Assembly: GCA_041739665.1 (NCBI GenBank)
Contig: JBGSNK010000108.1
Location: 3,918-67,917 of the forward strand
Direction of reading: 5' to 3'
DNA from: Bdellovibrionales bacterium
Lineage (GTDB): Bacteria > Bdellovibrionota > Bdellovibrionia > Bdellovibrionales > JAGQZY01
DNA length: 64,000 nt
Position 1 is the stretch's first letter; every line of letters starts with the position of its first letter. Position numbers and translations under genes: made by a program. Below the pieces are notes generated by a model that had not been told where the DNA came from, did no database searches, and was given only the letters and a program-made list of their open reading frames with translations. Shown one piece after another: positions 26,801 to 34,005 of this stretch.

Positions 26801-28438
26801 CTTAAAGAACTTAACAATAAGGAAAGGATTTTTTATAGAGCCTACTTCACACGTAGCTTTGATCTTATCATGCAAAGAATGTTGGCGGACCTTACCGGTA
26901 CAGAGCTTTCCACCGAAATGGACCCGGTGACCTTTGCTAAAAAGTTTCGTTCTGAAATTGTGAAGGGTGATTTAACAGACCTTGCCATGAATGAAGGTCA
27001 AATAAATTCACTTAAAGCACAATTGGAGACCCAGTTAGATTTTGAGCAGGTTCGTGCGTGGGCCGAGCAAGTTTCTGCAAATGGACGCAATTTTTTGACT
27101 CGTGCTAATTTGGCTCTTCGTCACAATTTGCTGCAGTCCATGCATCCAGGAAATGCGCAGGTGCAGCGCTTTTTAACTGTACGTGATAAAGTGGAAGAGC
27201 CACGCGCCATGGAACGCGCTATGCGAATGGAAGTGACCAGCATGCTGTCGGGAATACCAATTAGTATTCTATCGACTCTCGCCCTTTATGCTGGGGTGCA
27301 GACGGGAATGTTGATGCCTTTTGATCCTGTGGGAATGAACTCGGAAACTCATTTTAATTATATGTCTCGTTACTTATTTTATAATGGTTTTGTGCCAGGT
27401 TTAATTTTAGGCATGCTGGCCAATACTTGGATGAAGTTGCAAGAGGACAATCGTATTGACTCAATGGGTGGCTTTGATCGTGCTATCAAACACAGCGACG
27501 GAAAACGTGGTTTTTGGCGTTATTATTTAAAAAATGTTTTTAAAAATCCAAATAATAAATGGAAAGACAATCATATTTATTATTTGAAACTTATAATTGC
27601 CAATATTCCAGCAGCGGCGATAACCATTATAGTCAGCCAATTGTATGGCCTTGGGCGCATCGATATCGGAGCTTATCTGGCCGGATACATTTTAATTTTC
27701 ACCACCTTCTTAACGGGTTTTAATCTGAAGATGGACCAAGCTTTTGAGTTAGCCTCTTCCTGGGTCTATAATAAAGTACCTCGTGTTTTAAGAGCCCACC
27801 CCCATGCGCAGAAATACATAAATGGGCAGTTGCAAAAACGTAAAATTCTTTATGGTTACTTTGAAAATCTCTGGGGAATTATTGTTCAAGAGAATATTGC
27901 CGGTAGTATGTTAACCCTTAAGGACAATGTTAAATATGGCACTCGAGCTTTTTTAAGACTTGTTTTTGGTGGCGATACACCCACTCAAATTGTGGTTGGT
28001 TTTGTGGAATCTATGAGCCAGGCTCTAAAGGGTATTCCGGGAGCGCAATCCGCCTTAGATGGTCTTAAAAAACTAATTAGTTATAATTTTGAAGCCTTTG
28101 AGCGTTTCCCAGATCGTTTGCCCAAAGTTGAGGGAATTCCTCAAGTGACGGAGAACCCTAATTTGCCTCGCCACCGAACTGGCGAATTTTTAGGTAAAAC
28201 CCTTGGGGCCGTTGCCACCTGGGGTGGTTTGACGACATTACCTTATATTGTCACAGATCTTTTGCAACGCTTTCGAGAAAGAGGAATCCAAAAGAAAGGT
28301 GATAAACTTCTTCAGGGCGCCACTGCAAGAGAAGAAGCGGTTGGTAATGCTGACTTCACTGAAATTAAAAGTCGTACGGAATCGCAGGCTCCGCGACAGG
28401 TATTAACTTGCCAAGAACTCTTTTCTTCGAGTCTTTAA
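23807..28438 (+). CDS. Very large orphan membrane protein (1,543 codons in the ORF track; likely start TTG 23996)
   Basis: Uninterrupted ORF. AAGGGGA lies 7-8 nt before in-frame TTG 23996, giving an N-terminal hydrophobic segment ending AHA|Q. A long acidic heptad-like region follows. Hydrophobic helix clusters are encoded near 25510-25830, 26350-26440, 27240-27440, 27570-27730 and 28190-28260. No catalytic motif recognised. Confidence 0.8.
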   Translation: MYEFFKELNLLHYLQCKRTTDSVHCGSVKYSAEPISLLGQRTNWYPVLLVIAKKSAQYQRGYFLTIWVLYRSFLSCLLSLVIIVTGAPFHLMPKKAHAQIHSEQMTPDEEMQKSLEQLKESFASDDTKDSHLDPFLITRQMVLDDRISRVTAVEEQRAIEDFEDRIQYFESSIQSLKQLEAQVQQRLSELTVADDDKLNELELIKEDIISRRRLVELELADTRKFDPRQGSALPVDHMVDKALKTRHYWGNRMKLVLEANEEVIGEVAQKDFTQSLSPRFNKEALDVYSQDKDVRFTITDRRGTPLHQFLNPISGVTFFGHYLVFVEKSESQTAGKSLPVRFIDLRYAKANIGNAPLPVFTLPLKLDSEDTSLSHENGYLKIGGQRLSYQQFEMLSQVHQVIFNVNVALVDPKAHDNARPLIKEVLEFFQVSMQAQEKSFQTELEKSINATDFLNGITGALEARKNIDTEGSRKLIEKALQDGQLTDEEFKQISIALNANDSLQESNQAVANGRRLMTRIRLMMQYLIQPRVEGAPKLLNAMAMLVAPKTADERGRAFAFARNGLTYKMAKYGAAMGGVLLAGDMLPEPYKINIYKSLDLISAVNQHFQGYLQHINYGKAYVEMSKDAFITSTTGWTYFIQSYFANGNWPKFLYGLGQVLLVPLKLFASIHFTVNSYKMFRETIRVRRLSASQIGFLKAFKEAAKVDNKAYWDGLSEAEKKSSGSDVSLISDDDVRLLDDHILRLREGRQGIESVERDLRIGRYGSRGVLKTQINTLSNMSTGLKSQLRSYAQTTTGFLKYNKFSKKVGEAYQKVASKLGLDGEDTVRKALANSFLSYSALRSTFKTNALIWNYLFMTRSYMFAPHKLFVFTIYPNYFKAAVTTVKGKQHFPSTYNGGLETWPQKLQRIISSSGMNQKLSKVPVLGNLLISEQALKNLRSFESEVAKLEIAAIEIAKKKAQMALIENIKDPERLLAIFDSAQRPGDVSTGVRNLNDKKLKELNNKERIFYRAYFTRSFDLIMQRMLADLTGTELSTEMDPVTFAKKFRSEIVKGDLTDLAMNEGQINSLKAQLETQLDFEQVRAWAEQVSANGRNFLTRANLALRHNLLQSMHPGNAQVQRFLTVRDKVEEPRAMERAMRMEVTSMLSGIPISILSTLALYAGVQTGMLMPFDPVGMNSETHFNYMSRYLFYNGFVPGLILGMLANTWMKLQEDNRIDSMGGFDRAIKHSDGKRGFWRYYLKNVFKNPNNKWKDNHIYYLKLIIANIPAAAITIIVSQLYGLGRIDIGAYLAGYILIFTTFLTGFNLKMDQAFELASSWVYNKVPRVLRAHPHAQKYINGQLQKRKILYGYFENLWGIIVQENIAGSMLTLKDNVKYGTRAFLRLVFGGDTPTQIVVGFVESMSQALKGIPGAQSALDGLKKLISYNFEAFERFPDRLPKVEGIPQVTENPNLPRHRTGEFLGKTLGAVATWGGLTTLPYIVTDLLQRFRERGIQKKGDKLLQGATAREEAVGNADFTEIKSRTESQAPRQVLTCQELFSSSL

Positions 28439-28450
28439 ATAATGCTAATG

Positions 28451-28482
28451 AAAGGGGCGTTGTTTTCGGCCACGACCCTTTT
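28451..28482 (+). terminator. Candidate intrinsic terminator after the giant ORF
   Basis: AAAGGG-G-CGT (11-nt loop) ACG-A-CCCTTTT; the stem has one mismatch. Confidence 0.4.
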
Positions 28483-28604
28483 GTCTCAAAATGAGATTAA
28501 CACTAGCTCTTAGACGGCTGTGCGCCCTTAATTGTCCTCGAGCTTTATAGGGAGGGTCTTAAAAGGCCTCCATTCTATTCTATTTCATTTGAGACCATCT
28601 GTTC

Positions 28605-28620
28605 TGGCCCCTGGCTTGCT
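28605..28620 (+). promoter_or_regulatory. Candidate sigma-54 (-24/-12) promoter
   Basis: TGGCCC-ctggc-TTGCT with the correct GG-N10-GC spacing. It lies 30 nt upstream of ATG 28650, and AAGGAG sits at 28635-28640. Confidence 0.5.
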
Positions 28621-28649
28621 CTATAAACTTTTATAAGGAGTGCCAGATT

Positions 28650-29402
28650 ATGAAAACACCAGTTCGCATTTTAGTTTTCCTTACATTAGCAATGTTCACC
28701 ACCCATTGTGGTGAGTCTTTCCGTGCCCAAAACAGCAATTCTCAGAACACCTTAGGGGATAGTTCACAGGTGGATTACTTTAATGATAATGATTTTCGGG
28801 CTCCGCTTACATCATCAGATCGTGATCGACAAATCGCCATTAGCTATCAAAGTGAGTTAGAGGGTAAAGAGCAGCAAACAATGAACTTGACCCAATCCAT
28901 CCAGGCTCTGGATTTAGCTCTTGTTCCTGGATCGAGCCAAGGTGCCACAGGTGTCATTGGTCGAATCCACTTTTCTTGTGATAAGATTGTGAATTTTCAG
29001 ACTCAAGTCACACCGCAAATGCTCTTGTCCCAGCAAAGGTTAAATCTCACCAGTGATTCTCCTGATGTGACCGTGCGGATGCAATGTGTGGACAGCATTT
29101 GCAATGAATTGGTCGTCGCGATACGTCGACAAAGTAGTGGACTGGTTGGAACTGTATTAGTAGGAATGGCTGCAAACCTTAAACAACAAAACTCAATCAC
29201 TTATTTGAGCCGTACTGCAAGCCATACACCTTACTTTGCCGCTTTTCAATCTGGGGCTCTTTATAGACAACTGAACAATTGCCCAGCCCTCTCTTCAGAG
29301 GACAATCAAAGCGTAACTGACCGTATCTTGAACGTAGTTCAAGAGGAGGCCAGCGAATATTTGATCGACGAAGCGCGAGACTTTTTAGAAAGTCTATTTT
29401 AA
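28650..29402 (+). CDS. Lipoprotein, 250 aa, unknown family (paralogue of 10217..10969)
   Basis: Signal peptide with Cys20 followed by GESFRA (versus GEGFKA in the paralogue). Cys at 20/110/146/151/211. Shared ..C-x4-C-(S/N)EL.. motif. Confidence 0.7.
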   Translation: MKTPVRILVFLTLAMFTTHCGESFRAQNSNSQNTLGDSSQVDYFNDNDFRAPLTSSDRDRQIAISYQSELEGKEQQTMNLTQSIQALDLALVPGSSQGATGVIGRIHFSCDKIVNFQTQVTPQMLLSQQRLNLTSDSPDVTVRMQCVDSICNELVVAIRRQSSGLVGTVLVGMAANLKQQNSITYLSRTASHTPYFAAFQSGALYRQLNNCPALSSEDNQSVTDRILNVVQEEASEYLIDEARDFLESLF

Positions 29403-29455
29403 ACTGACTATGACAAAGGGTTGACCAACTCATGGGAGATTGGCAGTAAAGAGTC

Positions 29456-29815
29456 ATGGACCAAAAAACGAGAGATCTGATTGATTTTAAAGAGCTCAAC
29501 AAAACTAAGCCGGGTCAAATCTCAGCTTTGTTGACTATTGATCAAAACCTTCCTTCTTTTTTGGGCCATTTTCCAAAAGATCCTGTGTTGCCGGCTGTGA
29601 GTATTATCGACATCAGTTTGTTTTTGATCAGCAAAATTCATCCGAATATCTCTTTTAGTCATATTCAAGTAGAGAAATCCCGGTTCGCCGCCATGGTTCG
29701 CCCCCACCAAAAAGTTAAAATTTTGGCCCAATCTTCTGATAACAAAGCTTGGAAGGTGACCTGGCTTTGCGAGCAAGATCAAAGTAAACTGGCTCTAGTG
29801 CAACTGGTTATCTAA
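29456..29815 (+). CDS. Hotdog-fold FabA/FabZ-like dehydratase-family protein
   Basis: ..FLGHFPKDPVLPAVSIIDIS.. matches the FabZ/FabA active-site His motif (HFP..PV.P). Confidence 0.6.
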   Translation: MDQKTRDLIDFKELNKTKPGQISALLTIDQNLPSFLGHFPKDPVLPAVSIIDISLFLISKIHPNISFSHIQVEKSRFAAMVRPHQKVKILAQSSDNKAWKVTWLCEQDQSKLALVQLVI

Positions 29816-29836
29816 TCAGCCCAAGGGAGTGTATTT

Positions 29837-30862
29837 TTGGTATCCAATTTTTGTTTTTATCTTTCTAATTGGCAAGTCAAAGATAAAGAGAGTTTAAAAG
29901 CGATCGCCAATTTTGGAGCCCACGTCTATTTGGGCGCATTGGATGTGCAAAGATGTGAGGACGCACCGCTAGTTTTAAATCTTTTTTCTCCCCAGCAACT
30001 GTCCATTGTTTCTGTCGATGTAGATGAACAAAAGGGTGATCTCGAGGCTATTGTGCAGGGCTCACTGCCCGAGGGAATCACCCACATTTTGCTAGTTAAA
30101 AGATATGATCCAGATTTTATCTATGCTCTTTTAGAAAATTTGAAAGATATACAGATCGAATTTCAAGAAATTATTTATTTTCTCGAAGGCGATAAGCATT
30201 CTAAGAAGCAAAGTTGGTGGCAGAGATTCACAGCTTTGGATGGAATTGACTTTCGCCCCTTTCAAAAAGCATTAGCTGCATATCCCATTGAGTTTTTAAA
30301 AAACCTCAGTCGACTGGATTTAAAGAATTCACGTCGACTTTTAGTTCGGACGGTACAGAGTGATTTTAAAGTAAAGTCACTTACTTTGATTACTAAGAAT
30401 AGGGCGTCTTTGCCATATCATTTGGGCTGGTGGCAAAGATTGTATTGGAACTCGTATCTATTTTTTCTTTCTGTCCTTAGAGGGACGACGAATCCACTGA
30501 ATTCCAGTTTGGCCATGGCATTTGGTGTTTTTATCGCCTTTACCCCCCTTTATGGGATGCAAACTCTTTTGATTGCTTTGGGTTGTGCTTTATTTAGATT
30601 AAACTTTGCCGTTGCTTTTCTGGGGGCTCAGATTTCAATTCCCCCGGTGTACACACTTGTTGTGGCTTTAGAACTTATTGTGGGGGCATGGCTTTTAGAT
30701 CGTGAACTCTCGATGAATAGTGACTGGTTGAGTTTGGCTCAAGAGCATATGTTGTCATGGTTAGTAGGCACATTCATTGTGGGAGGGGCAATTGCCTTTA
30801 TCTGCGCCCTTCTCTGGTACATTCTGCTAGTTCGAAAACAAAAAAAGGTTTCCGCACTGTAG
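29837..30862 (+). CDS. Two-part membrane protein: unknown N-terminal domain plus DUF2062-like C-terminal membrane domain
   Basis: TTG start with AAGGGAG 8 nt upstream. The C-terminal ..AMAFGVFIAFTPLYGMQTLLIALGCALFRLNFAVAFLGAQISIPP.. resembles DUF2062. Confidence 0.55.
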   Translation: MVSNFCFYLSNWQVKDKESLKAIANFGAHVYLGALDVQRCEDAPLVLNLFSPQQLSIVSVDVDEQKGDLEAIVQGSLPEGITHILLVKRYDPDFIYALLENLKDIQIEFQEIIYFLEGDKHSKKQSWWQRFTALDGIDFRPFQKALAAYPIEFLKNLSRLDLKNSRRLLVRTVQSDFKVKSLTLITKNRASLPYHLGWWQRLYWNSYLFFLSVLRGTTNPLNSSLAMAFGVFIAFTPLYGMQTLLIALGCALFRLNFAVAFLGAQISIPPVYTLVVALELIVGAWLLDRELSMNSDWLSLAQEHMLSWLVGTFIVGGAIAFICALLWYILLVRKQKKVSAL

Positions 30863-30888
30863 CAAAGCTTTTGACAGACTCCTATCTC

Positions 30889-31365
30889 ATGAACAAAAGT
30901 TGTCCTATGAAACAAGAGTGGCCAGTTTCTCAATTGATCTCTTATTTGCCCCATAGACCTCCCATGGTTTGGATTGATAAGGTCGTAGAAGTTGGTGAAG
31001 ACTATCGAGAAATTTCGGGGACTTGTCGATTACGAGTTCAAAAAAAAGGGCTCTACGTCAACGATCAAAAAGAACTGAGAGCTTCTGCAGTTATTGAGTT
31101 TACCGCCCAAGGTTTTGGTTATCTCAAAGCGGCCTACCAAGAGCTGCACCAGTTTAAAGACACACCTGCTAAAACTTATCTCACTGGTGTTCGTTACTGT
31201 TACGCCAATTTATCCCAACTCGATTTGGATCAGGACATTGAGTTAGAGATTCGTATTAAGGTCAAGCGCGAGATGCTGCCAATCACCTTTGTTTATGGCG
31301 AGGTCTTCCAAGTCGGTGAGCCCGATCCCTTGGCTAAGTGTGAAATACAAGTCTATGTCGATTAA
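30889..31365 (+). CDS. Hotdog-fold 3-hydroxyacyl-ACP dehydratase-like protein (COG4706/ApeP-like)
   Basis: ..LPHRPPMVWIDKVVEV.. is the hallmark N-terminal motif of this dehydratase group. Start moved from 30757 to ATG 30889. Confidence 0.6.
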   Translation: MNKSCPMKQEWPVSQLISYLPHRPPMVWIDKVVEVGEDYREISGTCRLRVQKKGLYVNDQKELRASAVIEFTAQGFGYLKAAYQELHQFKDTPAKTYLTGVRYCYANLSQLDLDQDIELEIRIKVKREMLPITFVYGEVFQVGEPDPLAKCEIQVYVD

Positions 31366-31395
31366 TCATTGCGATAGGTTAGGTGCAATTGGGTT

Positions 31396-32262
31396 TTAAG
31401 GAATTGAAATTTGAAGGGGAAACTCTACGGGTGTGTCCTGATCAAAAACCTTTTTAATTCTCACCCTTTTCATTACGGCAATCAAACATTGGTGGAAAGC
31501 CTTGTCGCGATAGGGACTTTTTTTAATGTTCACATCGCGCAGGCGTCCGTCCTTTTGAATTACAAACTTCATGAGGATTTGGCCAGCTTGAGTCTGCCCT
31601 TTAAGGCGCTCAAAGTGCTGAATAAAACATTTTTCTAAAAATCGTTGGTGTAAGGAAAGAGTTTCTTGCAAAAGTTTTTGTTCTTGTGGCTTTTTTATAT
31701 TGGTTTCAGCAAGAGTTTGCGATGGATCTTTAGGGCTTCGGATCATATCTGAATTTGTTTCTTCGTCGGAGAGTTGAGGCGTGTATTCTTCTGTTGCGGA
31801 AGTCATGGGACTCTCATTGGTTTCATCCTCGGAATTAGTTCCTAGTGCTTTCAGTTCTAGCTTCTCGGAATCGGCGGCCATATTGTTCACTATGAATTCC
31901 ACATTAGGGCTTATCTTTATTCTTTGAAGTCGGCCTTTGAGTAAGTGCACTCGAAATTTGGGACCAACCTTTTCTAATAGAAGCGAACTTTGAGAAAAGA
32001 CACGAAAGTTTTCTCCAAATATCAGGCTGACTTCACTATCCAATCCGGTGATCAGCATCATGGGGGGGGAGAGTAGAGACTTAGCTTTTAGTTCCTCAAC
32101 TTTTTTTTCGTTTGTCATGGATCGGCCCATCACTTGGCCTTGAACAGATAGGACCTCACCTTGAGCCGGTGTTTGTGTCGGGTCATCAGAACTCGATTGA
32201 CTGGCAAAATAAACTGCAAGGCCCAGTAAAAGAACTGCGATCAGTGTTGAGAACCATCGCAT
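31396..32262 (-). CDS. Membrane-anchored protein with TonB-C / AgmX-PglI-like C-terminal domain
   Basis: N-terminal TM helix (LIAVLLLGLAVYF), acidic linker, then C-terminal ..FLEKCF..GQILMKFVIQKDGRLRDVNI..FHQCLIAVMKRVRI.. Confidence 0.45.
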   Translation of the reverse strand: MRWFSTLIAVLLLGLAVYFASQSSSDDPTQTPAQGEVLSVQGQVMGRSMTNEKKVEELKAKSLLSPPMMLITGLDSEVSLIFGENFRVFSQSSLLLEKVGPKFRVHLLKGRLQRIKISPNVEFIVNNMAADSEKLELKALGTNSEDETNESPMTSATEEYTPQLSDEETNSDMIRSPKDPSQTLAETNIKKPQEQKLLQETLSLHQRFLEKCFIQHFERLKGQTQAGQILMKFVIQKDGRLRDVNIKKSPYRDKAFHQCLIAVMKRVRIKKVFDQDTPVEFPLQISIP

Positions 32263-32271
32263 TCTCAGGAC

Positions 32272-32619
32272 TTAATCTTTTTTTGATTCGGGAGAGGGAG
32301 TTTCCTTAGGAACTTCCAATTCGCTTTCCAACGGCTCTATTTTAGGTTGGGTTGTAATAGGAAGGTTATCCAAAACACTGTCGCTTGTGGGTTTGATAAA
32401 AATGGTCATTGCGATACAAGAAGCGGCGAATACAACAGCCACCCAACGGGTAAGTCGTGCTAAAAAGCTGGGAGCACCCGTGGCGCCAAAGAGAGAATTG
32501 GATCCTCCTCCGCCGCCAAACATTCCGCCGGCTGCACCGCCCTTAGGATCCTGAATAAGAACTAAAACGATCAAGAAGACAGATAATATAATGTGGGCAA
32601 TGGCGAGAACCGAGACCAT
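32272..32619 (-). CDS. secG: Preprotein translocase subunit SecG
   Basis: ..LSVFLIVLVLIQDPKGGAAGGMFGGGGGSNSLFGATGA..FLARLT.. is the canonical SecG layout. Confidence 0.88.
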   Translation of the reverse strand: MVSVLAIAHIILSVFLIVLVLIQDPKGGAAGGMFGGGGGSNSLFGATGAPSFLARLTRWVAVVFAASCIAMTIFIKPTSDSVLDNLPITTQPKIEPLESELEVPKETPSPESKKD

Positions 32620-32695
32620 GAAACCAACTCCTTTTTTAACAGCTGACCAATATAGGGCGGCAAAAGGGGGGAGTCTAGTTTTTTCTCGGGCTGCC

Positions 32696-33634
32696 TTATG
32701 CCGTCTTTTTGAGCAATGTGGAGTCCTGGAATTTCCATGTTATTGCAACAACTTGAGAGGCAATCTCAGCAATTTTAATGTCGGATTGAGAGAGTTTTTT
32801 GGTGTTCTTCGGCATACGAACCGAAAGCAAGCCCACAATTTCAGCTCCCTGTCGCAATGGGAGGACCATCATAGAGTCAAATTGGATACTTTTGACCTCG
32901 TGCCGTACGAAAGACAAAGTCAGGTCCTTTTCAAGGCTCTCCACAAAAAGGGGTTTGCCCGTGCGTAGGACATACTGAATCTCAGGGTACTTTCGTAGCT
33001 CTAGAGGGAGTTTGTTTACAGAAGGATCATCACTCGAGCGAATCACATGAATCTGCTTATGATTGGGACTGGCTTCTATGACCGAGGTGCGCACCGCCTT
33101 GAGAGCCAAAGAGATCATTTGGATCAGTTCCAAACGTAGTTCTTGGACGGGCTTATTTTGATTGGCGGCTCGTACCATTAAACTCACCATCTCAAAATAA
33201 TTTTTAAGTTGGTCTTCGCTTTGTGTAGCTAAGGCGTTGAAGTTGTAATTTTTTGCCTGAGTGAGAAGAGCTAGGCGTTGCAAAATATCAATGAGCTTAA
33301 AAGGCTTGATGATAAAATCATCAGCCCCAGCCTCTAAACAGTTGCGCACGTTGAGTTCGGAGTTATGGCTAGATAATACTACAACGTGAATAGGATCTGT
33401 GGTGGGCAGTTTTTTTGTCCTTAAAAATTGGAGACACTCTAGGGCGTAGAAGCCAGGAAAGAGCATGTCGATAAACAAAAAGTTAGGACGCCACTCCACA
33501 ATCATTTTTTTTAAAAGAAATGCGTCGCTTACGACCTTTGTTTCAAAGCCACTTTCCATTAAATAATGACTAATGCGATTGGCGAGGTTTGGGTCCCCAT
33601 CAGCGACCATGACTCGAATTTTTTTTTGTGCCAT
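32696..33634 (-). CDS. Response regulator: receiver domain plus GAF-like C-terminal domain
   Basis: REC features (..IRVMVADGD.., phospho-acceptor context ..FLFIDMLFPG.., ..DDFIIKPF..). The C-terminal half is GAF-like. No DNA-binding or AAA+ domain. Confidence 0.7.
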   Translation of the reverse strand: MAQKKIRVMVADGDPNLANRISHYLMESGFETKVVSDAFLLKKMIVEWRPNFLFIDMLFPGFYALECLQFLRTKKLPTTDPIHVVVLSSHNSELNVRNCLEAGADDFIIKPFKLIDILQRLALLTQAKNYNFNALATQSEDQLKNYFEMVSLMVRAANQNKPVQELRLELIQMISLALKAVRTSVIEASPNHKQIHVIRSSDDPSVNKLPLELRKYPEIQYVLRTGKPLFVESLEKDLTLSFVRHEVKSIQFDSMMVLPLRQGAEIVGLLSVRMPKNTKKLSQSDIKIAEIASQVVAITWKFQDSTLLKKTA

Positions 33635-34005
33635 AGGTAATTATCGGTTCAACTCAGAGACTTATTGAGACAAGGCTTGTATTTTCAAAAGAAATAAAAA
33701 AAACTTTCACTAATAAAGACTCAATGTGAGACGCCCCTCACCTTAAGGCCTGAGCTTAGATAGAGATACCCCATTGGTTGCACCAATAGATAGCCTGTTC
33801 TTTTTTATCTCTCATGACAAAAAGCTCCCATGTGCCGGCGTTACCGACATAGCTAGCCACAGCGGTGGGGTGTAAGATTGAACTTTAGGCGGCACCGGTA
33901 TATTTTTTAGCCTTTTCAATGGTTTCGCCGAGATTACTGGCTGACGCCTTGTTTAACTGGTCTTTTCCCGTGACAGCTCTCCTCTAAAAAACAACAACTT
34001 AAGGC

